Source of the DNA: Camelus dromedarius
Taxonomy: Eukaryota
Length of the DNA: 64,000 bases
Assembly (NCBI RefSeq): GCF_036321535.1
Contig: NC_087472.1
Location: 97,218,001 to 97,282,000 of the forward strand
Reading direction: 5' to 3'
Below, in pieces: positions 26,000 through 37,460 of this stretch (within the stretch, counting starts at the first letter, position 1; every line of letters begins with the position of its first letter). Position numbers and translations under genes: made by a program. Below the pieces are notes generated by a model. That model was not told where the DNA came from. It did not search any database and worked only from the letters and a program-made list of their open reading frames with translations.

Positions 26000-26285
26000 T
26001 GGAAAAATAGAAAGTCATGTGCTCAATTCATCATCATAGCCACAATAAATTCCAGATAGAATGAGGATTTAAATATTAGTTACAAATGTAAAAGTACTAG
26101 AAAATGACTCAAAAGGAATATTTCTATTGATTTATGGGAGGGAAGACTTCTACAAGAGTTACTTAAAACACCAAAGTTTAAAGAAAAAGAATGAACAGAT
26201 TAACAGATTTAACTTCATAAAAGTTAAAATGTTTTGAGTTAGAGAATCACCATAAATTATATGAAAGGATACATAATCGGGAAGA
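26000..26285 (+). mobile_element. Old L1M ORF2 3' fragment
   Basis: aataaattccagatagaatgaggatttaaat...aaaagtactagaaaa...cagatttaacttcataaaagttaaaatgtttt. Confidence 0.65.
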
Positions 26286-27495
26286 GTAGATTAAGGATTT
26301 TGGATAGTAGACAATTTTTGGAACGTCTAAAGGCAACTCATAAGTGCTCTATGGCATTCTAAGCATATTGTGCTTTTGAATGTTTGCAACAACTCATGCT
26401 GGTAGCTCACGTTCCCTGGATTTGCCTATATATCACAATTTTTGGGGTCCCCATAGACCGCATAGCACATCCCAAACTCTCCTCATTTTCAAGCCTAACA
26501 GTTTAAAATGCAGCTATAATATTGGAAGGTGGACTTTAATTAAATTGTTCTCAATTGTTAATACCTCATCACTTGGTTACTGAGATTAGCTAGTGAAGAT
26601 CTAGCTTCTGAGAGAATGAAACAGAGGAGTAGTAAATTTTGAAGGGAGACTGAGGAAAATAAATGATCAGAGGTCCATTCCAGAGAAGGTAGATCTGCAT
26701 GGGGCGTTAGGTGGAAGGACTCTGGGAAGCATTATAGGACATGTTCTGTGAAAGTAAGCTAAAATGTTGAAGTAAGCATTAGGAAAAGATCTCCAGACAA
26801 AACTTACTTGGTTCACAATTATTCTTGAGGAGGGTATTGCATTCCTTGATAAAAGAACAGTTGCATTTTTTAAAAGAAATAGTTGAGATGAATACAATTA
26901 AAATAAAAATTCTCTTGAAAATTAAATGTCTTGTTTGAGCAAAACTTGAGAAGTTAATAAGGTGGTTGTGGAAGGGTCCTTCATTTCATAAAACATATGG
27001 TAGAATATCATTCTGGGTATTAAAAGGTGCTGTTCATCCTGAATGCCTGCATGCTTATAAGCCCAGTACCAAATTAGTCCCTTTCAGGCATTTAGTTGTA
27101 TATATGATAAAGAATATCTTCAATGTTTGTTCCAAGGATTTATCCCAAGCATGATTAATGTCTTGGAATTATCTGTAGCTAATTATGCTACTTAGCGGTT
27201 TGAATGTCCCATCGGTGTGAAATCATTGGAACTGTAATAGCATGGCACACATCAGAATGCTCTGATTTATTATCTGTCACTGATAAGTTTAGATTCACAC
27301 CATCTGGGATGATTAGCGATTATTTACTCTCCCAGGAGGGAGCTGGTGAGAATGTCCTTTGTGTGGAAATAGATGGTATTGGAGATTCACAGGGCTGGCT
27401 CCCTGGCTACCCCTATGGATATGAGTATATTTTCCTCGCAGCTTGACAGAACTTTATTTATAAAGGTGTAAACAAACATTCTTCTTCTCCCATAG

Positions 27496-27612
27496 GGAGG
27501 AATCTTTTTTAGCCTCAGAGCAATTTACATGCTTGCCTTTTGACTTGGACTTGGCAGAGCAGTCATTTATAACTCCTTCTCCCTTGCTTCTTTCTCCATG
27601 GTCTGATTTCAG
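27496..27612 (+). other. Candidate internal exon (117 nt, phase 2/2), gene unidentified
   Basis: Acceptor cattcttcttctcccatag|, donor TTTCAG|gtaaga, open frame EESFLASEQFTCLPFDLDLAEQSFITPSPLLLSPWSDF; no recognised homology. Confidence 0.3.
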
Positions 27613-30354
27613 GTAAGACTTGAGGCAGGTAGAAAGAACTTCCACTTTACAGTTTTAGAATGGGCATATGGTGTGGAATCCAATGTTTTGACAGGTTGTG
27701 GTACCACTGGATTGCTTTCAAAATAAAACACCTGGTCAGTTAGATATTTGGGAGTTCACCTGTATTACAAAGGTAGCGGGTTTCCAGCATTTGTCTTTAA
27801 AGAATGTTTTTCTCTGGTTGTGTTTTAAATGGCAATAAGCTTTCTTTTCACAACTCCTGACATTTTTTTTCACAAGACTCTTTCTCCTAAACCTTATTTG
27901 TCCAAAGAACATAATTTGTTTTGACTCATGACTCTGAAAAATACTTTCTTTTTGGTTTCTGCATTAACAGTAATGGATTATGTTAAGTTAGAGATTTTAC
28001 TAGAAAGGCAGATGTAATATGTTCAGTTAATTACCTAAATCTTTCTGACATCCTCTCCTCACTTCTTAAAGGGTAGGTACCATTTTCTTTGCAACTTCCC
28101 ATAATCTTATTTTACGGTGTTTATGGTGTTCTATTTGATACCAAGTAACATCCTCTGGAAGTTTCACAGAAATGTAAAAAGTTCTTTCCTTTTTGTTTGT
28201 TTGTTTTGATAAGCAGTATCTCAGGATCCCTCTTGAGTCCTGTCTCATTTATTATTTCTTATATTAGTAGTTTACCCAACTCTTAGAGGATAGGTAATTT
28301 TATATCTTTTTCTTTAAAGCTCTTCCTTTGAAATATTTTTAGTGTTTAAAATCCTAAGTCAGCAGATCTTGTACACCCAACTTTGAATCCTTCTGGTTTT
28401 AGATCAGGTAGATTCCCTTACTTCAGTATTTTTGTCAAAGTCATTTTGATGGTGGTAGAGAAGAGAGAAACCACCTGCACTGTAGCAGTTAATGTTTTAT
28501 GTCTCTGGAGGATAAACTTGTATCTATATGTTAAAAAGGTAAGTTTTAAATAACTAAGATTTTCTCCTGTGAATATCTTGCTTAACCTCTGAAATAATGT
28601 GGAGTGAGGCCCTTGCCTGTGGACACTTATTAAGGGCTTTCAGATGCAGAAAGGAAATACATTAAATCCCAAGTTTTCTCTTGCAATTTTATCAGTCTCA
28701 TTCACTAACTCATCTCCATGATTAAGTCAGTGTGTCTGTCTCAGCATGTCTACAAAATGATGCAGTGAATGAAAACGGTAAGCAAGCATGAGAAATCTTA
28801 ACTGAAGGGCCACTGCTTTTCTATTCCTTTTACTGTTAAACATTGCTTAAGACCGGTGTGGCCTTGTTGTTGGCCTAAGGATGGCATTGATACCTGGCCA
28901 TGTGAATTATCCTATTTGTTGTTGAGTCCCTGTATTTTAAAGATACAGAGGACCTAGTTGGGAGTGTCCTTATGAGTTCACACTTCTCTGTTGATCTTTG
29001 GGAGCACCAGAATCTGTCTCTCAAACTGATGGAAGATAATGTCCCTACCTGAAACAGGCACCCAGACAATACAACCTGAAGCAACAGATTGAGAGAAATC
29101 CTTATTAGGCCAGGTAGCAGATTGGGTCACCAGAACCGTGACATGAACTCACGTGGGCGGTGTTAGTCAAAGAGTTTACTACAGGCGTGGAAACTATGTT
29201 ATCAAATGGAATTGTCTCCAGAAGGTACTAAATGTAGAGGTGCCAAATGTCGGCTCTTACCTAGAGGTATTAGGAATGCAGTGTAATATTTTAATAGCAA
29301 GCATTTATACAAAGTTCAAAAAACTTTAAAAGTTTATGATTTATAGATATATATTGAGACTTTGCTTGTCTTCTCAAATAGTTAACATTGACTAGAGTAT
29401 TAGCTACTCAGAAACCCTGTTTTATAATCAGTTTAAATAGCTTAATAATTAAAGTCCGCTGGGTGTGAGCCAAGATAGAATTTTACATACTTATTATACT
29501 ATTAGTAATTTATTATACTGTGTACCTTAGCTGCAAAATATTATTTAGTACAACCATTATAAATGTTCTTTTACTATAAAAATAAAACCATACATATATA
29601 ATGGAGTAAAAAAATAGAGATTGCAAAATGCAATTGTGTTAAGGTTCTAACTGTTCCTTTAGTAAGGAATTAATGTAATCTTTGTGAATGAAAACAGCTT
29701 AAAAATAAGTCTATTTATTCCTGTTATGACATTAACAGTATCACATACATAAAAATATTAGGTATCAGGTAGAAATACTATATTGAATTTTACATTCTTA
29801 TTTGGAGCAGCTTTCAAGTTCGTTTCTATTTATTAAGATCTTGAAGGCATAAGAGCCAAGTTGGGCAAGTAGGCTGTCAGATCTGATTGGAGAGACACCT
29901 TTATAAGAACCATGCTAGAAAGCATTAATTATGATCCAGCCAAATCACATTATGGATTCTAAGAATGAAAGCACTTTATATACTCAACAATTAATTTTCT
30001 AAAATGGATTGTTTTTCTTAGATGGATGAATAATTATATATTCAAATTATTGCAAAATGAAGGTGACATTTTTGTAGATCATTTCCCCAATTTATAGATG
30101 CTCTAAATGTTGAAAAAAAAGGCAATCCAGGGGAAAGAATGTCAGGATGGGAGAAACAGGAATATTTCAACCCAGATTTTGTTAGTTGCACAGCAGTGCC
30201 TTGGACATTCATGTGTCATGTGTCTTTTCTTTGTCTAGCTTTTACTTATAACAAGTGACAAATGGTATAGATGCCTGTGATTTTTTAAAAACATGCCTGC
30301 TCAGAGTATGGTGGTTGTGGAGCCCAAACATACAACATTTTGTCTTCTGCTCCA

Positions 30355-30912
30355 TATCATTTGGGCTACATGGGCAGCAAATCACAGAAAATCCAACTCC
30401 ACCAGGGGTATGCAGTGAAGACATAGACTGGCTCACACAAAGAGAAACGCAAAAGATGAGGTGAGCTTCAGGGACACTTCATCCGGTATCTTTGCACCAT
30501 TTCTTGTGATTCTTTTTACTCGGCTTCCCTCTAACTGTTGGCTTCTTCCTGTGACTTGACATATTTGTGCCTGACAGCATGCAAAAGGGAAAGAAGGAGG
30601 AGTTTCTATGAAAGCTTTCCCAGACAACTGAAAAGTACTTTGACTTGCGCCCCTGTCTCACACCAAAGGCCTCTCATTGGAAATCTCATTGGCCCTCAAT
30701 GAGCCATGTGCCCATTTATGAACCAGTCACTTAGAAGGAGGAAGATTAGATTGCCTTTAGTCCAGTTAGGTCTATTTCCAGACCTGGGGGATGGAGTTGG
30801 CTCTCCTGGAGGCACAGTGGGCTATCTAAGAGGAAAGGAGCAAATTGAGGTGCTGTTTGGAGGGGGGAATAGGGAATAGATGCTGAGTAGGAAGGCAGCA
30901 CTGTATATTACA
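30355..30912 (-). mobile_element. MLT1K/L-type MaLR LTR
   Basis: cagaaaatccaactc...tggctcacac...gcttcagg...tctcattggccc...ccatgtgcccatttatgaaccagtcact...ggaatagatgctgagtagg. Confidence 0.6.
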
Positions 30913-31839
30913 AGCTTTAATGATACCCTCTCTTTTGCTGCCCTCTTACTAAAACACCCATATGTACCTACTCTTGTAAGTGTCCTAAATTCTACACTTA
31001 ACTCACTAGTCTCTCAAATTTCAGTTACCGCTGTATCTCATCTTCATAAAACATCTCTTTTAGATAAGAGTGAAAAAAAATGTGAATTAAGGACAAGATA
31101 CGATAAAAATAATATCTTCAAGGAATATTTGTATTTTTATGTAAATGGTAATTAGACACTTACTGTATATTTAATGCATGTTTAATGCAAACTACATGAC
31201 GTATGTAGGCCAGGAGATGGAGGAAATTATATGATAGGACAAACTTCCTGGAGATCCTCAAATCTACACCACACAGACAGATGAATACATACCATCCAAG
31301 TTGGAGAACATTAACATTGTAAGACAAATTGTCAGCTGTGTGCCCTAAGGACTGTTGAAACATGATAATCATTGGGGGGAATGGGATGGAGTTAATAGAC
31401 TTGATGGGTTTATATTTTAAATATAATGGACGTGTGTATGATACGTGTATGTAATAATATCTACATGTATCCATCTAAATCAGTAGCACCATATGTTATT
31501 ATAAATATGCTGGGTGCCTTCTTTGTGGTAAGGAAATGCAAAAAAAAAAAAAAAACAAAAACAAAAAACCCCACGTATTTCGAATGCTTTGAAGTCATGC
31601 AAATTCCCAAGCTTCCTAGATAATTCTCAAAGCTATAAAAAGGGATTTTATAACACATTCATTATATTAGATGAGTTGCTTTTTCTTTGTAATGCTAACA
31701 GTAAACTGTAAAATTTATGAGGCTGCTTCTAGAATAACAACATTGGTAAAGGAAGTAACTTGATTTTAGAGGATAAAAGCCTCTAAAACAACCAGCTGAA
31801 AATATTAAGAATAATGATCACCCCTTTCCTGAAATGAAG

Positions 31840-31967
31840 TTTTATCTCATTTTATCTTCACTCCAACACTGTAAATAAAAACTTCCATTCTTCAGATGAG
31901 TAAATGGAGGCTCGAAGTCATTTGATTTTGTTTATTCTCACTCACACAGCTTGTATGTGGTAGGGCT
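31840..31967 (-). mobile_element. MIR SINE fragment
   Basis: tatctcattttatcttcactccaacactgt...ccattcttcagatgagtaaatggaggctc...tcacacagcttgtatgtggtag. Confidence 0.7.
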
Positions 31968-31990
31968 AAACTTTATTTTCTTCTTTGCAG

Positions 31991-32043
31991 TTCATCACAG
32001 CTGGCATCCCAAATTGATGAGAATGCTGTACAGGGTCAGCCTT
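31991..32043 (+). other. Candidate exon (53 nt), gene unidentified
   Basis: Strong acceptor ctaaactttattttcttctttgcag| and donor CTT|gtaagt; two open frames (SSQLASQIDENAVQGQP; HHSWHPKLMRMLYRVSL). Confidence 0.3.
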
Positions 32044-32384
32044 GTAAGTAGAACAAATGATCCTACTGTTGTATGATCTGAAGGCCCCCAAAATATTTTT
32101 CCTCTGTTTTTAGCAGTTTTAGAAATTCTACCATTAGTTCATTGCATTCTTTTTAAAGAGTGCTCTCCTAGCATCCCCAGTGCAAAGGCAAACTTGAGGG
32201 CATAGTCAGTATCTTTCTAACACATTAGTGTGAATGAGTTTTCTCCCTTCAGCAAGGGAGGAGCCTCACTGAGTGTATAGGAATTCTGGGTAGGAAGAGA
32301 GCTAAGAGGAGAGTCAAAGCTGTGTCTTAAATACAAATTTTGATGGAAATTAGCTTTCTTCTCTAATCGTTTTAATGTTATTTG

Positions 32385-32603
32385 TGGGAGGCAGATGCCT
32401 TGGATTTAACTTTGATCTCTTCCACTTTCCAGCTGAGTGTCAGCTGATTAGTTAAATTCTTTTGCTCTTCTGTTTAAAATATGAGTAACAGTGCTTGCCT
32501 TACGTCCTCAGAGGGTTCATGAAATGATCATGTGGGATAAAATATGTGAATATATTTGAACACTATAAAATGTTGGACAAAATGTAGTGATCAGTACTAT
32601 TAT
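32385..32603 (+). mobile_element. MIR SINE
   Basis: ggaggcagatgccttggattt...ccactttccagctgagtg...ctgtttaaaatatgagtaacagtgcttgcc...gataaaatatgtgaa. Confidence 0.65.
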
Positions 32604-33294
32604 AAAATATAAGTTTTTTGGGCACTAATCTAGGATTTTAAATGCTTCTCAAGAATAAAATATTAAGCATGGAGAGCAACACAATTATTTCTATTGATTT
32701 ACCTTAACTATAGATGTGTGCATTCTATTAAGTATGTGTAGAGTGTAAAAATTGTGATTTTGTGCTCATTTTCCATTATTTTAGGTTTTCCCACAAAAAC
32801 CTAGAATCCTCATTTTTAGTGCTGTCAGTCTTGCATCCATCAATTTCTAGGATATCCTAGTAGTAAGATTTTAGTATTCCATAGCCACTTGTGATAGCTG
32901 AGGATAATAAAATCTGGGTCTCTGATTATAGACTGTCACGAACACCTCCGCCATTTTGGTAATAGAGGTAGAAATCCTCCACTACATCCATCCACATTTG
33001 CTTCACAGAGACACATTACATGTAAGCAGTGAGATGACAGTTCACTCTATAATGTTATTAGTCTCTGAATTAGGCTAATTCATTGTTGTCCTCTAGTCTT
33101 AGCATTTTCCACAAATGCTGAGCTGACATTTATTTGATCTCGGACTGTTGCAAGATCACTTTCTGTTTTAATTAAAATAAAGTTTAGAAGGAAATAGAAT
33201 GGCAGCACTGCTTCCCTTGGCAATAATAAAGTACTGTCTGTGGTATATAAAGATTTTACCCCTGAAGCCCTGTCAGTTTGGCATGCCATTAATT

Positions 33295-33600
33295 ATTTTT
33301 ATATAGACAAAGTAATAGTATTATAAACATTTTAGAAAATAGAGGATAGTTGCCCATAATTTTCTCCTCCTTAATAATGTAACTTACATTTTCATATTTG
33401 TATATACCTTTTCAGCATTTATCTGAATATATAAATACTTTAAAAATAATTGTAATCATGCTGTATGCTTAATTTTTGTTGCCATTACTTTGCATGATAT
33501 AATAAGCATTTCTCTCTGTTGGGTATATACTTATTTCTATTGCTTATATAAAATGACCACCCAATATGTAGATAGACCAGTTTTTAGTTTGTTTTTTCTC
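33295..33600 (-). mobile_element. L1ME4-type 3' fragment
   Basis: aaagtaatagt...aaacattttagaaaatagagg...gcccataattt...acattttcatatttgtatatacctttt. Confidence 0.45.
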
Positions 33601-35284
33601 TTTTATTAAAAACACTGTATTGAGGAGTGTATTCTCTTGACCATTTCCCCAGCCAAGCCAGAGTGATTTGGAGTTAAGTCATTTAAATAGTCCTATCCAC
33701 TCTTGTGTGATCAAAGGTATGTAATTTCAAGATGGCTGACTCAATGCAGGGGCAGTTTTGAAACAGAATGAAATTTAGCCTCATTTTAGGAACTTGATTC
33801 CATGACATTGGCCACAATAGCATCTGTTCTAACTAATCAACATTAATTTTTTTTAAATAAAGGATTATTGGTTATACTGAGAACCAGCGAGACTTATGGA
33901 GATTGACTTTTGAGTTTCATGAAGAGACTTGGCATTGGCTTTAAACAAACCCTTTATCCAGATATGCCCTTTTATCTTACCTCTATATCTCACTTATTTA
34001 GGAAGGGCCACATTTTGACCTTCAAAATTGTTATTCTGCTTTCCCACAAATTACTTATGTTTACAGTTATCTGCAAGTTGCTCACATAACTAGACTGTGA
34101 GGAAGAGCTCTCATTTACAAACAAGTTCTATTTGTTCAGCTCTGTAGTAGTTTTATTTCCAAACACCTTCAAAGACATAATGTCAAGATCATTGAAATAT
34201 AAATGTTATTAAAGTTCCCATAAGCCCACGTGATGACATACAGACTTTGGATCCTTAATGCATGAAAGCAGGGTCTTTTGTTACATTTCAAATATCTCAT
34301 TTATTTGATGATTCAGGGCTTCTCAAGCAACTGAGAAACAAAATAACCTTTCCTAATATGTGACAATAATCTTAAGAACAGATTGAAGTCACTTCTTCAC
34401 TTTGCATTTGGCTTTTGTCCATGTTGGTATGCTTAAGTAGAATTCTCTACAGTGTGGTACGGATTCCAACTGTTGATGCCAGGAAGTAGAGCACATAGTG
34501 TGTCTGTGGCCAATATAGAGAGTTGAGGGATAGGGGGATGGGGGGCCAAGGTGTGTTTAATTAGTCAACACTGATAAGGCTGGTGTTACTAGAAAGTGAA
34601 GAAAGTGGTGTCCTATACGAGGGCATAGTTGACAGGTCATTGAATGGTTACATGGGAAATCCTGGGCTATTGATGTTATATGGAAATGTATGTAGTCCAC
34701 GTGTCTGTCAAATGAGAAAATAATTTAGAATACTTAGACAGATGCACACATACACAGAGAGAGAGAGACTGAGAGAGACAGGTTGCAGTCTTGCAAACAG
34801 AGGAGAAAAGGCCAGCCCCGGGTAAGTAGTGGCAGGCGTTTTATTTGTTATGTTGGAAGCAACAAACCTTTATAGAAGTCAGAGTGGACTTTGAGCAATT
34901 AAAAAAGCAAATAACAAGATTAAATGACATGGTAAAATAAAATACTGTACCTGGGCAGAACAGCACGAGTCAAAAACTTGTGAAAAAAGATCAACAGAAT
35001 TTGGTCAAGGCAAGGAGAAGAGAGATCCAGAATGTATAAGCATTCAACAAAATGAAATAGGTTTCTGAACATATTGTATAAAGATTTTTACCATCTCCCA
35101 GTGGGGAAAAACTGAAGTATATAGCACATCCCTTCTGTGTGTCCTTTTCTGGTATGCTACATACAACATAGGGTGGGTGGATAATATCTTTCTTGTGTAA
35201 GCCTCTATATACCAAAGATCTAAGAGAGTGTATGACATACAGGAAGGGCTAAGAAGGTTTTTTGAATGAGTGAATAAACGAAAC

Positions 35285-35635
35285 AGGAACTTGAGAGAAG
35301 ACTGGGAGTTTTCCAAGCAGAACAAGGGGACAGAGGTGTTTGAGGAAGAAGTACCAACATGAACAAGGTAAAGAGGCATGAGCCATCCCTCATTTAGCGG
35401 GGTTTGTTAGATGGACTGCAGGAAGGTTGATGTGGTTGTAGAAAAAAAAATATGTGACATGGAATGGGTCCTGGAAATTATGGGGGTACATAGAAGGAAA
35501 AAAGCCAGGTGACAAAAGATCCTGAACCCAACATTTAGAAGCTTTATTTTTATCCTGTGTATCAGCAGGATGAAAACATCAGAAACTTACGTTTTAGGAA
35601 GATTACCATGGTGATGCATGGAGTATGTATAGGAG
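35285..35635 (-). mobile_element. L2 fragment
   Basis: ggagttttccaagcaga...caacatgaacaaggtaaagaggcatg...ttttatcctgtg...gttttaggaagattaccatgg. Confidence 0.55.
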
Positions 35636-35829
35636 ACACTTCCTGTCTCTGTCATAATTTTCCTTAAGACAAGCTTTGATTATTGAATCAGACTGTTATA
35701 TGGTAAAAGGAATTCTGAAAGAATCTCTTCCTTCTTTGCCCATGCTGCCTTCATCAATTAGATATTTGTGGCAGCAGCAGTTAGATCTGGGGCTCCTTTG
35801 GGCAAAGTGGCAACTAGGAGAAAATCTGT

Positions 35830-36315
35830 CTTTTTAGCCCAGATCATTATGCTAATAAACTCCAGATCCTTTTATCACTGTTTACTGTATATCTGCATTA
35901 GGTTGTTTAAAAAACATCTCAAATGTAGCATCTTCAAAACTGAATTCACCTTCTTTTCCCTAACTGGCTCCTGTTTTAGATTCTCTATGTTAGTAAATGT
36001 CACCCACACTGCCAAGTTACCTGATCCCTAAATCCAGGCATCCTTGTGAAATTCTTCCTATCACTTCCTCTACCTATACCAGGACTAATAAATCCCAAAT
36101 ATTCCTGAATATCAATCAAATATACATCTTCTTTCACTGTAGCTCTTTGAACAGCTTCATTATTTATTTCAATGTTAAGTGATGATTTAATATTTGTCTT
36201 CCTGTGTATTTGTTAGGCTCCATGAAGAAAGTAACCATTTCTGTTTTGTTAACTATAGTATTGCTAGCCCCTAGTATTAAGACTGGAACATAGATAATTT
36301 TATGAAAATGTATTT
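35830..36315 (+). mobile_element. L2 fragments including 3' end
   Basis: catctcaaatgtagcatcttcaaaactgaattcaccttc...ggctccatgaagaaagtaaccatttctgttttgttaact...cccctagtattaagactggaacatag. Confidence 0.65.
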
Positions 36316-36929
36316 CAACTATTTCAGTGCCTTTCTCTGGGTTCACTTATATTTCTTACGTCTGACTATTCAGACAAAACAGCTAAGAAGCTCCAAAGCT
36401 ATCCTGGATCTTAGCAGCTCCAACTAGGGATGCTCCAAGTTATCTTTTAGTGGTTGCAGCCCTTGGGATGTCTTCTGATCTCCAGCTTCCTGGACAGACC
36501 CCAAACTATGTCCCTGTCAAACAGCAGAGCCTGGAAGTAGGAGCTCCATAGGTGCATCACACATACTTAGTGGCTGACTGATAAGCAATTTGGTTGCTTC
36601 CAGCACCACAGTAGTCAGCTATTTTTTATTCTACATTTTGTTTAATTTGGGATTGTCCAATTAAAATTATAAGACTGTAATTTTCTTCTTTTTTCCCACT
36701 TCTTTCCTTTCTTCCTTTACTTTTCTTGATCAAAGAATTTAAAGCTTGACTATTGTTGGATGAAAGGTAATGAAGACTCTGCTTCATTCTTTTTTCATGC
36801 TGCCATAGTGAGAACAAAACAAGAAAGCTCTTCCATCTATTAAATGTTAGGATTTTCAGTGAAATACTACTGAGGTTTTTAATTAAGAAGTTACTTGTAT
36901 TTATCCCTTTCTTGATTTTTCTCTCTCAG

Positions 36930-37412
36930 TTGAGCACATTCCATTGATTTTTAAACTAATTCAGGTCTACCATATATAATGAAGCAAAACTCCTTATTTG
37001 ACTACTCAGCTACCTCCACCTCTCTTTCCAAGTAAGAGTTGTCTCTCCCCTTGTTCTCCATTTTACACTACCAGTTTATTCCCAGTCCACTTCAATCTGG
37101 CTTTCAGTGTTACCAGTAAACTAAAATTTTTCTCCATAAGGACGATAATATCACTATTTTTGATGGACTTTTCTTAGTTATCACCTGAGCTTATGCTTCA
37201 GTGGTCATTTGATGAAATTGACCATTTTTTTTTTCCATTTTAAAATCCATGCTTGGGTTTTCAAGTTTCCATGTTGACACCTCCTGTGTGTTTTTATCCC
37301 TCTCTGGCTGCTTCCTCTGTCACTTGCCAGCTCATTTTAACTGTCCAATAGATGTTGAAGTTCTTCAAGATTCAGTCTTAGCCCTTCTTTTCTCATTCTA
37401 ATGCTTACTATA
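36930..37412 (+). mobile_element. L2 LINE, left part (interrupted by MER5)
   Basis: ccacttcaatctggctttc...ccctctctggctgcttcctctgtc...atgttgaagttcttcaagattcagtcttagcccttcttttctc; collinear with the L2 at 18570-20005. Confidence 0.75.
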
Positions 37413-37460
37413 TAGTAGTTCTCAAACCTGGATAATTATTAAAATCATATAGAGGTGTTT
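37413..37460. mobile_element. MER5-family MITE, left part (interrupted by L1)
   Basis: tagtagttctcaaacctgg...attaaaatcatatagagg = CAGTGGTTCTCAAAC-type terminus. Confidence 0.7.

Noticed and set aside
30239..30460. Exon-like segment ending GAG|gtgagc
   Set aside because: The donor lies inside a degraded MaLR LTR and the peptide is uninformative; treated as a chance splice-like signal.
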